From positions 1,248,001 through 1,312,000 of the forward strand of contig CAVQEQ010000001.1 of assembly GCA_963711565.1 (NCBI GenBank): a stretch of 64,000 bases of DNA, read 5' to 3'. Shown here piece after piece: positions 18,301-30,585 of this stretch; the first letter of the stretch is position 1, and each line of letters begins with the position of its first letter. The notes under the pieces are model-generated. The model saw nothing but the letters and a program-made list of their open reading frames with translations, did no database searches and was not told where the DNA came from. The translations under genes were made by a program, and so were the position numbers. The DNA is from an uncultured delta proteobacterium. GTDB taxonomy: Bacteria > Desulfobacterota > Binatia > Binatales > Binataceae.

Positions 18301-18527
18301 ATCGCGTTCTTTACGCCGTTGACCGACTGCTCGATCGGTACGCCCACCGTCTTGGCGACAGTTTCAGCGCTCGAGCCCGGATAGTTCGTGGTCACCTGGA
18401 TCGTCGGCGGCACGATTGGCGGATACTGTGAGACGGGCAAGGAGTAGAGACAAACAAACCCGAGCAGTACGATCACTACCGCGAAGACGTTCGCGAGGAC
18501 CGGCCGCTCGATAAAGAACTTCGACAT
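15324..18527 (-). CDS. RND efflux permease (HAE1/AcrB family)
   Basis: MSKFFIERPVLANV, GIVVDDAIVIVEN, KNAILIVEFA, RFRPILMTS. Confidence 0.95.
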   Translation of the reverse strand: MSKFFIERPVLANVFAVVIVLLGFVCLYSLPVSQYPPIVPPTIQVTTNYPGSSAETVAKTVGVPIEQSVNGVKNAIYMQSTSGSDGSYTLTVSFTIGTDLDTSLALVQNAVNGSLSELPAPVKDQGVNVKEVTTNILLMESLYSDDNRFDETFLSNYATINLVNPIARIPGVGQVKVIGAGAYSMRIWLDPNKLKTFGLTVLDVQNSIQSQNNQVASGQIGGPPVPSNQVFQFTVNTQGRLSDPKEFENIIIKSRLAPTLAGQTVNSAQPSETASIVRLKDVAKIEMSQQQFTLFSNLSGKKAGHIAIYALPGANSLQVASAVRALMAKMSSTFPEGLKYTPLYDTTVFIGQAIHAVYVTLGEAGILVLIVIVIFLQNFRAMLVPATTVPVTIIGAFAAMALLGFSVNLMTLFALILAIGIVVDDAIVIVENCTHYIEEGLSPKDSAIKAMGELTGPVLGVTLVLTSVFLPASFLPGITGQMFRQFALVIASTALISAANALTLKPTQCALYLRPRPKDYKPNWFYSEFNRGFAAVEDRYIGLVSWMVARPFTMVAGFFAVLFLVGFAFSIYPTSLLPLEDQGYCIISAELPEGSAQPRVREVSDRINAILKESPGIKGWVTMGGFSALDSANVSNYVTVFCIYDDWSKRPAGLTQAGIIKHIQEKVQSIRTASFDVMPPSPIPGLGTAFGFQMVVEDRASNGLRELQKATHVLLDRAQSVDGFLRLGFTTFSDNSPQIYLNIDRTMAESLGVPVNDVSETLQTYLGSTYVNQFNKFNQAFQVRVQAEADSRRALADIQNLDVMNKEGQMVPLGALLSVRRMLGSELVTRYNLYPAAILTGIPMPSYSSGQALSMMANFADETLPAGMSYEWTGLAYQEEQTGSQAYFIFALSITLVYLVLAAQYESWTDPIAVILVVPTALIGILVALVIRKFPVDLYTQIGLVLMIALAAKNAILIVEFARDLAAQGMGTMEAAVEATRRRFRPILMTSIAFILGVVPLLTATGAGAASQQSLGTVVFGGMLASTLLAIPFVPVFFVSVRHIFGPLSAPAVAPGAPRQGPAVPSN

Positions 18528-18536
18528 TGGCTAGCC

Positions 18537-19733
18537 TTAGTGACTACTCGCTGCCTGGCCGGCGTCCTGTGCGGTGCCCTGCGATTGCAGTTCGGGATTG
18601 ACTTCGCGGCCTGGAATAGCTTGCAGCAGCCCCTCGGTAACAACTCGATCCTGCGGACTCAGGCCTTCATCAATCACGTACTGTTGACCGATCTGAGTAC
18701 CGGTTTTTACGCTTTTGCGCCGAACGATGTTCTGGCTATCTACAACCAGGACGTACTCACCCTGTTCATCGAAGCTCACGGCAGTGGCCGGGATCAGCAG
18801 AGCAGGATGCTTCTCGGGCGCGACCACCCTGACCCGCACGAACAAGCCGGGAACTATGAACGACCCCGGATTGGGAAAGATGCCTCGCAACTGCAGTGTG
18901 CCCGTGGTCGGCGCGACGCTGAGCGAAGCGAAATCGAGTTTCCCTTGATGCGGATAGCCTTCCTCATCCGTAAGGCCGAAGTAGAACGGGATCGGCTGCG
19001 ACGGGAGTTCGCCGCCGGAGGGTTCTTTCATGCGCCGGCGAATCTTGAGCAGTTCGGTCTCAGCAACCGTGAAATAGACGTACATGGGATCGACGCGGTT
19101 GATCTCGGCTAGCTGTATGTTGGTGCCAGCGCCGACCAGGTTGCCGGGATTTACCAGGTGACGTCCCATCCGGCCATCAAAAGGGGCGCGCACTTCAGTG
19201 TAACTGAGGTTCAGCCGGTCAAGACTGGTCTGTGCCTGGGCACTGGAGAGACCGGCAGCCGCGGCCGCCCGCTCGTACTGCCAGTGATCCACTTCCGTTT
19301 GCGTGGCAGCGCCCTGCTTTTCAAGGCCCTTGTAGCGCGCCAGCTCAGTGGTCGAATGGAATAGTGCTGCCTTCTGCGTCGCGACCTGCGCCAGTGCCTG
19401 TTGTAACTGATCTTTGTACTGTTGCTGTTGAATCGTGAACAGCAGGTCGCCCTTCTTAACCAGCGCCCCGTCGGTAAAGTGGACCTTGTCCAGATAACCT
19501 TCCACCCGCGCGACCAGCGTCACAGAATCCACCGCTACCGTGTTGCCGGTAAAGTCGAGGTGATCCGCTACGTCCTGTGTAACCGGAGTCGCGACCGTAA
19601 CGGTGGGAGGCGTGATGGCTGGGCCGGTCTTCTTTCCGCATGCGGAAATTGCAATCGCCGCCGCCATCAATAAGGCACAATTTCGCAATCGACACGTCCG
19701 CAAAGTATTCAAGCTATTCAATGAACTGGTCAC
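18537..19733 (-). CDS. RND periplasmic adaptor (MFP)
   Basis: Lipobox ISAC, ARVEGYLDKV, VKKGDLLF, LSYTEVRAPFDG. Confidence 0.93.
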   Translation of the reverse strand: MTSSLNSLNTLRTCRLRNCALLMAAAIAISACGKKTGPAITPPTVTVATPVTQDVADHLDFTGNTVAVDSVTLVARVEGYLDKVHFTDGALVKKGDLLFTIQQQQYKDQLQQALAQVATQKAALFHSTTELARYKGLEKQGAATQTEVDHWQYERAAAAAGLSSAQAQTSLDRLNLSYTEVRAPFDGRMGRHLVNPGNLVGAGTNIQLAEINRVDPMYVYFTVAETELLKIRRRMKEPSGGELPSQPIPFYFGLTDEEGYPHQGKLDFASLSVAPTTGTLQLRGIFPNPGSFIVPGLFVRVRVVAPEKHPALLIPATAVSFDEQGEYVLVVDSQNIVRRKSVKTGTQIGQQYVIDEGLSPQDRVVTEGLLQAIPGREVNPELQSQGTAQDAGQAASSH

Positions 19734-19740
19734 CGGGTTC

Positions 19741-21359
19741 TCACCATTCGGGCGGCCGGATCAGGGAGCCCTCGTCCTTGGGTGACGGCACCCCTGGCGC
19801 GCGTGGCTGCAGGAGTTCGGGCGAAAGCAGGGTTCCCCAATTTGTGCGATTCGCCATCGTGGCCTGCACCTCTCGCGGCACAAAATCATTGCCTTCCCGA
19901 ATCTGCCAACCGCCACCGAGCGCGCGATATGTCGCGATCAATGCCTGCGGAACGTCTCCCATCTCGATCGCGAGGCTGTTCTGCGCCTGGTAGAGGTTCT
20001 GCTCCGCCGTCAGCACGGTCGTGAAATCCAGGATGCCCTGGTTGTACTGGATCATCGCGATGTTCAAAGCCCCCTCCGCCGCAATCACGCTTTTCTGGAG
20101 AAAATCGACGGCAAGCCGCGAGTCCACAAACGCGATGATTCCGTTCTCGACCTCCTGCTGAGCCGTCAGCACCTGATTCTGATAGGTGATCTGAAGCTCC
20201 TGAAATTTCGCGTCCTGCACGCGAACGTTGTTGGTGATCTGCCCATAGTTGAGGATATTCCATTGCACGTTGGGACCGACATTCCACGTCAAGCTGCTTC
20301 CTGTGAAGACGCTTGCCAGAGTGCCTCCTGATATCGTTGCCGCCACCGTCGAGATACTACCCGTTAAGTTGAAGGCGGGCAGCAGATCGGCCTTGACGAA
20401 ACCTATCTGCGCGCATTGGGCGGCGGCCTGCAGTTCTGCCTTGCGAAGATCCGGTCGGCGCAGGAGCAGGTCCGCCGGGATACCCACCGCGACCTTGTCC
20501 GGCGCAGTGGGAATCTCCGAACTACCCGCCAGGTATTGGTCCAATGTTCCCGGCGGCATCCCCAGCAGCACCGACACTGCGTTCTTGGTCTGTTGCAGTT
20601 GAAGATCCAACTGCGGGATCGATGCTTGCGTCGTATCAAGAACGTTCTCCGACTGATAGACGTCTCGCTTGGTCGCCGCGCCGCCGCGATACTTTGCGAG
20701 CGCGATCTTGTATGCATCTCGTTGCCGCACCACGTTGTCGCGCGCAATCATGATCTGCTTTTCGATTGTGCGGATTTGTACATAGTCACTGGCAACGTCG
20801 CCGGTCAGCGTCACCAGCACATCGTCATAGTCGGCTACCGAGGCCAAAAACGAGTAGTCGGCCGTCTCGATTCCGCGCGCAACTTTCCCCATACGTCCAG
20901 TTCCCAACCGGCTTGTGCGCCGAATGAATCCGACCAGTAAGTGTTGCTGAGCAGATGGTACGGCACCGAAATAGGAAGCCGGTTGTAGCTGACCGACGCT
21001 CCCACCGACTGCTGTTGCGGGAAGAATTCACCGATAGCCACGCCCAGTTGCGCACGGGCTTCGAGCACGCGCACACCGGCAGTCATCAGGGTCAGGTTCT
21101 GCCGATACGCTACGTCGATTAGCCGCGTCAGCACTGGATCGTTAAATACCGACCACCAATCCCGATACTCCTGTCGTCCCGTATCGACCGACGCCTTCCC
21201 GCCCTCCATCCAAACTTTGGCGACGGGCGTGGGTGGCGGTTTGTAGTCCGGACCAATCATGCAGGCGCCGGCAACCGCGCTGAGCCCGAGCGCCATCAGC
21301 CGAACCAAACCGACAAGTCTTATTGGTTCGCGGTGCTTAGGCAGTGAATTCTTCAGCAT
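19741..21359 (-). CDS. Efflux outer membrane factor (NodT/OprM-like), one frameshift near 20880
   Basis: Lipobox AGAC-MIGPDY, WELDVWGK, PADLLLRRPDLRKAE, YRALGGGW; split over ORFs 20835-21359 and 19741-20907. Confidence 0.88.
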
Positions 21360-21727
21360 CCAGATGATCCAGGCAGGACATCAGGACAACCAGTGCGAGG
21401 GGGCAAGGAGCAGTAGGCCGGAATTTCTTTTTTGGCTTTCAAAGCTCGATTCCTGCCATTCACCAATCTCAGTGTCAAGTCGCGACCTCCGTGACGATCG
21501 CGGCAGGCTCCGGGATTCGCGGGTTATCAAAGTTCGAGCCGTTCGACCGCCCGGCGCACGCTCACTCGTGTGCCGACCAGAAACTCGGGCGCACGGCAGA
21601 GACACAGGTGGCCGCATCGGCCGGTCCATAGGAACGGATCCATTTTTTCGCGTCCGCGTCGTTGTAATTGCCCGGCGTTGGAGCGCAGAGTGCGCGAAGC
21701 AGAGTTGAATGCCGAGTTGAAAACAAA

Positions 21728-24700
21728 ATGACGCTTGTCATCTTGATAGCTTTCGGAATTCCGATCTGGTTAATTGCCCGCGCCGTTAAAGCAAGGAATC
21801 GCCTGGAGGAAGTTTCCCATCGGCTCGACGCGCTCGAATCCGAAGTTGCTCGACTAAAACGTGAGAAGGAATCGCCCCCGACTGTGGTCGAGCCTTCCGC
21901 TCTCGGTCCTTGGGCTGAGTCAGACTCAGCGCGCACCGCACAACCGACGACTGTCACTCCCGCTCCTTCTGTCACGCCGCCAGCAGCAATCGCTGCTGCT
22001 CCCCAGCCGGTCTTTGCGCCTCCACCACCGCCGACCATCACGTCGCCGCCCGTTTCCAAGCCGCCGCCCCTGCCGATTCCGAAAATCAATTGGGAACAAT
22101 TCATGGGGGTGAAAGGGTTTGCGTGGATTGGCGGACTCGCGCTGTTTCTCGGCGTCGCATTTTTCGTCAAATACTCATTCGACAACAATCTCGTCCCGCC
22201 CGAACTGCGCGTGGCGATCGGCTTCCTCGCCGGTCTCGGCCTGCTCGTCGGCGGCGTGGTGATGTCGCGCAAAAATTTCCCCGCTCTTTCGCAAACCTTG
22301 TGCGCGACCGGCGTTGTCATTCTCTACGCCGTCACGTTCGCCTGCCGTTCGATTTATCATTTCGAATTCTTCGGGCCGATTCCGACGTTTCTGCTGATGG
22401 CGCTCATCACGACCACGGCTTTCCTTCTGGCCGTCCGGCTCAACGCCCTCGTCGTCGCCATTCTTGGAATGCTGGGTGGTTTCCTCACGCCCGATTTTGC
22501 TTTCGACCGGCCAGGACAATCCGCTCGGACTTTTCGGCTACATCGCCATCCTCGACGCTGGACTGATTGTCGTCGCGTTGCAACCGACGCTGGTATTTTC
22601 TCACCGCGCTCGCCGCGCTCGGCACTGCCATCATGCAGATCGGCTGGGCGGCAAATTTTTCGTCAGCGAAAAATATTTTGAAGGAAACAAGATTTTCGTC
22701 GCGCTTGGCGTGCTGCTTGGCTTCAACGCGCTTTGGCTCGCGGCGAACTGGTGGGCGAAAGGCAGCCGCCGATACAAGATCCTAATCCTGGATGGCTTCG
22801 CGGCTGGCTCTCGGCGCACTTGGCCTGGTGGCCGTCGCGCTCGCGTTCACCGCGTGGTTTCTGGATTTCGCATCCGCTCGCGCAACGCCCGTGGTTGATG
22901 TTCGGTTTTGTTTTTCTCATTGATCTTGTCGCCATTGCGCTCGTGCTGACTCGATGAAACAATCTGCCGTCGCCCAATCGATTTCCGGCTTCGCCGTTTT
23001 TGGCATTGCTCGCATTTTGGACGGAAGAATCCCTGTCCGAACGAATACTCAACGCCGCGCTGGCGTTTTATTTCATCTTCGCCGTTGTCCATTCGGCTTT
23101 GCCCGCGTTGCTCGCAGCGCCGGCGCGGCGTGACAACCCAAACATGGGCGAATCACATCTTTCCCGATTTTTGCGCTGGCGCTGGTGCTCGTGCCGGTTT
23201 TCAAGCTCGCGGAAGTCTCGTTCATCGTCTGGCCGTTTATTTTGCTGGTGGATTTGCTGGCCATCGCGCTCGCCGTGCTGACGGCCACGTTGTTGCCGGT
23301 GCTGGCGGTGCTGTTGCTCACGCTCGCCGCGACCGGCGCGCTCATTTTCAAAATTCCGTCCGATCTCACCGGCCTGCCCGTTTCATTTTTCCTGCTCGGC
23401 GCATTCGTCGTTTTCTTCGTCGCCGCCGGCATTTGGCTCGTGAAAAAATTCAAGCCCGATGCGCTGAAAACCGGGATCAAATTTGGCAACGACCTTGCCG
23501 CGCCGGGGGATTTGGCTGCGATTCTGCCGGCGTGCTCCATCGTGCTGCCGTTCCTGCTGCTCATCATGGCGACGCTGCGATTGCCGCTTGATAAATCCGT
23601 CGCCGGTTTTCGGCCTCGCGCTGCTGCTGGTCGTGTTGTTGCTTGGCGTCACAAAATTATTTTCGCTCGACTGGATGCCCGCCGTCGGCCTCGCCTGCGT
23701 GACCGCCCTCGAATGCGCGTGGCATTTCAGCCATTTCGATCCCGCGAATCCGAGCCAGCCGCTGAATCTGGTCTTGGCGTGGTATTTGATTTTCTTCGCC
23801 GTGTTCGCGCTGTTTCCGTTTTTATTTTTGAGACAATTTTCCGGCAAAGTTGTTCCGTGGGCGGCGGCGGCAATGGCCGGGCCGCCGCAATTTTTTCTCA
23901 TCCATCGTTTCGTATCCGCCGTTTATCCGAACCAAATGATGGGCTTGCTGCCCGCTGCGTTTGCGATTCCCGGATTGTTGAGCCTGGTCGCCGTCCTGAA
24001 AAACATTCCCGCCGAAAACAAATCGCGCATGGCGCAACTCGCGTGGTTCGGCGGCGTGGCGTTGTTTTTCATCACGCTGATTTTCCCGATCCAGTTCGAC
24101 CGGCAATGGATCACCATCGGCTGGGCGCTGGAAGGCGTGGCGTTGCTGTGGCTGTTCCATCGCGTGCCGCATCCGGGTTTGCGGCTGACCGGCGTCGGCC
24201 TGCTCATCGCCGCGTTCATCCGGCTCGCGTTCAATCCCGCCGTGCTGGAATACCATCCGCGCGCCGCCATCGCCGATTTTCAACTGGTATCTCTACGCCT
24301 ACGGCATCGTGACGATTTGTCTGTTCGCCGGGACAAGGCTGCTCGCGCCGCCGCGCAACCTCGATTTTGAAATCAAATGTTCCGCCGATTCTTGCCGGAC
24401 TGCGGCACGGTGCTGGCTTTCTTGTTGTTGAACATCGAAATCGCCGATTATTTCAGCGCGCCGGGCTCGACGCTCACCTTTGAGTTCGGCGGCAATTTTG
24501 CGCGCGACATGACCTATTCCATCGCATGGGCGTTGTTCGCGCTCGGCGTTGCTCGTTTATGGCATTCGTCAAAAAAATTCCCGCCGCGCGCTATGCCGCG
24601 ATGGGCTTGTTGTGCGTGACGCTGCTGAAACTTTTCTTCCACGACCTCGCGCAACTCGGCCAGCTTTATCGCATCGGCGCGTTCATCGGCGTGGCGGTCA

Positions 24701-24786
24701 TTGCGATGCTCGCGTCGTTCGCGTATCAAAAGTTTTTCGCGGCCGGCAACAATCAGAAAGAATCAAAAGATGAAACGCCTCAATAA
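21728..24786 (+). CDS. DUF2339-like multi-pass membrane protein (multiple frameshifts)
   Basis: NWEQFMGVKGFAWIGGLALFLGVAFFVKYS at the N-terminus and KLFFHDLAQLGQLYRIGAFIG at the C-terminus; spread over several overlapping ORFs. Confidence 0.8.
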
Positions 24787-26768
24787 TTTTCCGGCAGCTT
24801 GCTCTGCATTTTCGCGCTGCCTGTCGGCGTTTCAGCCATCGCCGCGAATCTGCCGTCCGACTGGCAGCACGAGCAATCGTTTGACGTTTCCACAACCGGC
24901 CTTGTGAAAATCAGTCTGCCGGTTGAAACACTCGATGCCGCGCGTCCTGCGCTCGAAGATTTGCGGCTCTACGACGACGCGGGAAATGAAGTGCCGTATT
25001 TGATCGAACGTCCCATGCCGGCCGCAGAAGGTCGTGCAAGCGGCAAAATCATTTCAAGTTTCGCTCAACGCAAACACGACAGTCATCACGCTCGAAACGG
25101 GACTGGCGCAGCCGCTCGATAGCCGTCACGCTCGAAACTCCGGCGATGGATTTTATCAAAGCCGTGCGCGTTGAAAGTTCCGACGACGGCAACCGCTGGC
25201 AAACACTCGCGCAAGGCCAGCCGATTTTTCGCCAGCCCGACGGCGCAAGTCATTTGCAAATTTCCTTTCCGCCAAGCTCTTCAAAATGGCTCCGCCTTAC
25301 CGTGGATGACGAGCGTTCGCCGCCGGTCCCGTTCACCGGCGCGCTCGTCCATGCGGCCACTGGCGAGCCTGCGCCTGGAGAATTGATCCCGGCAACGATC
25401 TCCGAGCGTGACGAAAATCCCGGCGAAACGCGGCTGGCGCTGAACCTCGGCGCGGCAAATTTGAGTGTCGCTTCCGTCCAAATTGAAACCTCCGAACCGC
25501 TTTTCATGCGCCAGGTTTCAATCGCCGTTCCTAAATGTCCGAAGACTCCATCAGCGAACAAACCATCGGGCAAGGTACCGTTTATCGCGTCGCTGTCGAA
25601 GGCCAGACGCCGTCTGAAAATCTTTCCGTGCCGCTGGACAATCTGGTGCGCTCACGCGAATTGTTTGTTCTCATAAAAAACGGCAACAGCCCGCCGCTGC
25701 CGATTTCTGCCGTGCGCGTGGAGCGGCGTCCGGTTTATCTGGTTTTCCTCGCGCGGCAAGCGGGCGCATATCATTTGCTCACCGGCAACGCTCATTGCGA
25801 TGCGCCACGATACGATTTGGCCGCGCTGGGCATGAATCTCAAAGACGTGGCCGTTTCTCCAATTCAAATCTCGCCGCCTTCGAACAACCCGGATTTTCGC
25901 GCAGCCGGAGGTTTTGCCTGGTCTTGAAGTAACCGGCGCGGCGCTCGACGTTTCGGATTGGAAATTTCGCAAGCCGGTGAAAATTTCCAGCGGCGCTGGA
26001 GCGCAACAAATCGAACTCGATCTGGAAGTGCTCGCTCACGCGAGGCCGGGCTTCGCGGATTTGCGCGTGTTGCATGGCAGCAACCAGGTGCCTTACATCA
26101 TCCAGCGCACCTCCATCAACCGCGCGCTCACGCCGACCGTCACCGCGACGAAGGACGAGAAAGATCCAAAGTTGAGCCGCTGGATCATCAAACTTCCCCA
26201 GAGCGGTTTGCCGATCACACGACTGACTTGCGTTACCCGAACGCCGCTGTTTGAACGCTCGGTGTCGCTTTACGAAGAACTCACGGATGAGCGAGGTGAC
26301 AAATATCGCCGGGTCCTAGGCGGCGCGACCTGGACGCAAACTCCGGAACGGCAGTCGAAAGATTTCACGCTGACGCTGGACGGCCCGGTACAGAGCGACA
26401 CGATATTTCTCGAAACGGATAACGGCGACAATCCGCCCATCGAACTGGAAAAGTTCGTCGTCTTTTATCCGGCCACGCGAATCTTGTTCAAAGCAAACCC
26501 AGGCGACGAACTGTTTCTCTACTACGGCAACCCGCAAGTAGCGCCGCCAAGTTATGATTTGAGCCTCGTCGCCGAACAATTGCTGTCGGCTGAAAAAAAT
26601 GACGCATCGCTCTTAGCTGAAGAACAACTCAAAGGCTCTTCCTGGTATAAAAATCAGATGCCAAGTCAGGGCGGCGTACTCCTATGGGGAATCCTCGCGT
26701 TGGTGGTCGTCGTATTACTCTTCATCATTTCACGCCTGCTGCCGAATTCGCAGCCACCCGCGTCGTAA
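24770..26768 (+). CDS. DUF3999-like exported protein with C-terminal membrane anchor (frameshifted)
   Basis: Signal peptide, repeated DLRL...VPY and NGDNPPI modules, LYYGNP...YDL, C-terminal TM helix; overlaps the DUF2339 stop. Confidence 0.65.
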
Positions 26769-26876
26769 GAATCCCAGTAGAGCATCGCCGCCGTTCATGC
26801 TCATGCGGATCCGACCTTCTGCACAGTCGGCACAATCGCTGCTCTACCTTGAACGAGAAGTTTAGGTCCATGCGGC

Positions 26877-27698
26877 TTAAGCAACTCGGCCATGGTCGGG
26901 TCGTCCGCGCTCAAACCGATATCGGCTCCAGACCTTAATCGCCCGGAAAACGAAGTAATCGACAGGCTCAACGACTGGTTCAAGCGCTGCAGTCGCGGCG
27001 TGTTTCCGAAGAGCCTCAAGCCCTCTCTGAAAATGGGAGTCGTTCAATTGAGCCAGGATCGAGTCCGCGCGGAGAGCGAGGCGCTCCGCATAATCAGACC
27101 AGTCTCTAGCGGCTTCACTTTGAATAAGCTCATGCCGCATCGGCTCGAAACCGGCTGTCACGAACGTCAACTCGATAACCGCCCGCCGATTCAGGCTCCT
27201 TTCGAGCATATCTCGGGTTTCGGGGAAGAACGGGACGAAGGCGTAATTGTCAATCTGTTCAATCGTGCCCGCTCGCAGACAGGCGACGCGATCACGCCGC
27301 AACACTCGGCGGCATTCTCGTATCGCCGCGGCAGCGTCTCTGAAATGGTGGAAAACCATCGACAAGAAGACCATCTCTACGGTTTCGTTGGCCAATGGGA
27401 GCGATTCTCCGGAAGCACGGACGAGCGATACCCGGCTACTAGATTTCCTCTTCGCTTCCGAAAGCATTTTCTCCGATGGTTCTATTCCGATGACGTGCGC
27501 GTTCAATCAACTCGAGAGCCCAGCCGAATAGCGACCCGTTCCGCAGCCAAGGTCCAATATAACTCTGACCGATGCGTTTCCGAGCGAGTCGGCGAGGACC
27601 TCCAGCCACCGGCCGAGTTGCTCAGGACTATAACTCCGACCACGATCGTAACCGGCGGCCATATTCGTTTTGTCGTAATCCACTCTGCTGACTGCCAA
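26877..27698 (-). CDS. Class I SAM-dependent methyltransferase (frameshift near 27506)
   Basis: VILDLGCGTGRYS motif I, GIEPSEKML, SMVFHHF, ECRRVLR. Confidence 0.85.
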
Positions 27699-28057
27699 AT
27701 AACAACTATAAGCGGGGCACTCCAGGGAAATGGTCCGCTACTTGCTGATGATCCGTCCGTCGCCGGCACGAATTATGGCGAACCGCATCGGATGGAACAG
27801 CGACTCACCTCTGTCAGCGTCAGAATGCAAGATCGTCGAAGTCTTCTTGTGCTCCTTTGACGATCCTGGCGTACTCTCGATATTCAGGACGTAATTCAGC
27901 CGTTAACTCAGAGAATGTCTTCAGAGTAGCATCTTTCGATGCGACGAGAGGCGGTGTCGATTATCAGAACGGGATAGAATTATTCCCGAGGGGAGTTGGA
28001 GGTAATCATGAACAATAGAGGTTCCCAGCTCACAAAGATCGCGCTTGCCTTGTCTCT

Positions 28058-30044
28058 GTGTATCGCGATCCTCGCGGGTCCGAGCCTGTCGACCTTGCGC
28101 ACATCGCCGATTTCAACCTCGGCGGCCTGGAGGTCAGTCCTTCAAGGCGCCAGGTAGTACGCGGGGATGATCGCGAAACGCTGGAGCCCCGGGTGATGCA
28201 GGTTCTGGTGGCCCTCTGGCAGGCGAATGGACAGGTCGTTTCCCGCGACGATCTGATCGCCCGTTGCTGGGAAGGCCGGATCGTGGGCGAAAGCGCCATC
28301 AACCGGGTCACGTCCCTGTTGCGCAAATTGTCCGAGAGCAATGGTGGCGTCGACTTCAGCATCGAAACGATTCCGCGGGTCGGCTATCGGCTGACGGCTG
28401 GGTCTGAAGTCGGGCCACTTGGCCGCCGATCCGAAACGGAGATTGAGGCGGCGTGGCCGATGCTTCGGCGGCGCTGGGCGACTTCGCGCGCTTCATGGGC
28501 CGTTATGGGCGTCGTTCTCGCTACCGGGGCAGGTCTTTGGCTCTCGCACGATCGGTTGCCCTGGATGCCCGGCCCCGGGAAGCCCGGGTCGCCGTACTGC
28601 CATTCGACATCATCGGTCCGGGAAAGGAATTGCACGGCCTCGCCGACGGCCTGCTCGACGAAATCGTCGGCCAGTTATCGGATAGCCAGATACAGGTGGT
28701 TTCCCCGGCGAGAGCAAGACTCTGCGCGGCAAGGATCCCGAGGCAATCGACCGGTTGGGCGCCGACATGGTGCTCGATGGCACAGTGCAAGGCGATGGAA
28801 AGGCCATCGACGTTCGCATCCATCTCAATGACGTCCGCGAGCATGTGGTTCTCTGGTCCGGCGAATTCCATGGGTCTGCCGACGCAACCGAGACACTTGA
28901 GGCAAGCGTCGCCGCCCAGGCCGCCGATGTCCTCTATTGGGCCAGGACCGGGCGGTCCGGAAAGGTGAAGCTAGATGCGGCAACTTTTGCTGCCTTCATC
29001 GCCGGCCGCGAGGGCACGACCGGGGTGCGCAATACCGGCGACGGCGTGGATTTGGCCGACTATCGCAAGGTCGTTGCCGCGGCGCCGGACTTTTCGTGGG
29101 GCCACTCCGGGGTCGCGGCAATGGAAGGGTTTGAGTTGCGGGAATCTAGCCGGCATTGTACGCCGGCAACGATGCCCTGCGCGCCGATGCGCGGTTGGAG
29201 GCAAAACGAGCCCTGGCGCTGGATCCCCACAATGGAGAGGCCTGGATGGCGCTGGAGTTGTCCGCGCCGCTACGCGATTGGCAGGGACGGGAGGCATTAC
29301 TGCTTCATGGCATCGCCGCCGATCCGAATTTCGAGCCGATCGCGATGATGGAAGGCCGCCTGCTCTGGGCTGTCGGTCGCGGACAGGGACGCGCTGTTTG
29401 GCTCCGACGCGCGCACGATATCGATCCCCTTTTTAACGGCGCGACCTGGTCGCTGGCTATAAACCTGGCGTCGGAGGGCCGTCTGGCGGAAAGCCGCGCG
29501 ATTGTCGCACGGATGGAGCTTCAATGGCCCGATCATGGCGCTACCAAGGATGCGCGCTTCTGGACGAATGTCCTCGCAGGCGCGACAGACGACGCCCTGG
29601 CTCTGCTGGCCGATCCCCCACACGCCCCCCCGAAATGGATCAGAAGTCGGCCGACGCCTGGCGCGCGGCGCTGAAGGCCAGTGCCTCGAAGGATCCAGCG
29701 GCCAAGACCGGTGCCATTAGAGAGGTAATGGATGCGGCCAACGCCGGTTCACTCGAGCCCGGTCAGGCGCTGACGCTTCTGGCGATGCTGGGCGATCTCG
29801 ATGGCGCCTTTGCCCAGGCACAGCTTTACGAACCGCTCGACTTTCTGCGCCGCCCTATCTGTTCCTGTCGACGACCGCGGCCATGCGTTCCGATCCGAGG
29901 TTCATTCCCCTGGCGCGCAAGCTCGGCCTGGTCGCCTACTGGCGCGCCACCGGCCAATGGCCGGACTTTTGCAACGAGCCGGGCCTGCCTTATGACTGCC
30001 GCGTCGAGGCGACCAAGGTTGTCGCCCAATTACGCCGCCCCTGA
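28058..30044 (+). CDS. CadC/OmpR-type winged-helix regulator with TM, TolB-like and TPR domains (frameshifted)
   Basis: LEPRVMQVLVAL...VVSRDDLIARCW...IETIPRVGYRL, RVAVLPF, ALALDPHNGEA, and C-terminal LGLVAYWRATGQWPDFC. Confidence 0.8.
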
Positions 30045-30086
30045 ATACGCCAGAGGTCTGTTGAGATCGACCAGCGGCGGCCGGCC

Positions 30087-30120
30087 CGAATGCCGGCTTT
30101 GGGTTAAAAGCAGTCATTCG
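30087..30120. repeat. Palindromic repeat (TCCGCTTT-N-AAAGCGGAC family), copy 1
   Basis: CGAATGCCGGCTTT-GGGTTA-AAAGCAGTCATTCG. Confidence 0.6.
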
Positions 30121-30170
30121 GCCTGTATTAATTGCGGGCAGTCTAGGCGTAGCACCACGTTAACGGTCGT

Positions 30171-30482
30171 ATGAGAACGTCGGCGCCTCATCTGTTTGGG
30201 CCCGCAAGCATGGAGTTCCTGGTTGCTATCCTGGCCTCATGCTTCGACCCGATCCGCCTCGGCCTAGCGGTCGCAGTCGGATGCCTATTCTACGCGGAAA
30301 TGCCCAAACTGGCATGGGGCATTTTTCTCTTTGTTCTGCCAGGTGTGGCCGCGCTTGCAGTGAGAAATGGTCACGGACTGTTATTCGATTCGGTAGCGCA
30401 ATTCATTGCTGCGGGCTTGGTAGTGCTGGCTATTTACTGGTTCCTGGAATTCCGTAAGGCTCGTTCGAGCCGCAAGGTCTAG
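30171..30482 (+). CDS. Small membrane protein
   Basis: About three hydrophobic segments, basic C-terminus. Confidence 0.55.
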   Translation: MRTSAPHLFGPASMEFLVAILASCFDPIRLGLAVAVGCLFYAEMPKLAWGIFLFVLPGVAALAVRNGHGLLFDSVAQFIAAGLVVLAIYWFLEFRKARSSRKV

Positions 30483-30585
30483 CTCCCAACAGTCTAATTT
30501 TAGAGACCACCCACGAGCGAGACTGTTAGGCCAGCCCGAGAAAAAATGAATGACGGCCTAGCGTGTTGATGATAGTATTTTCGAC

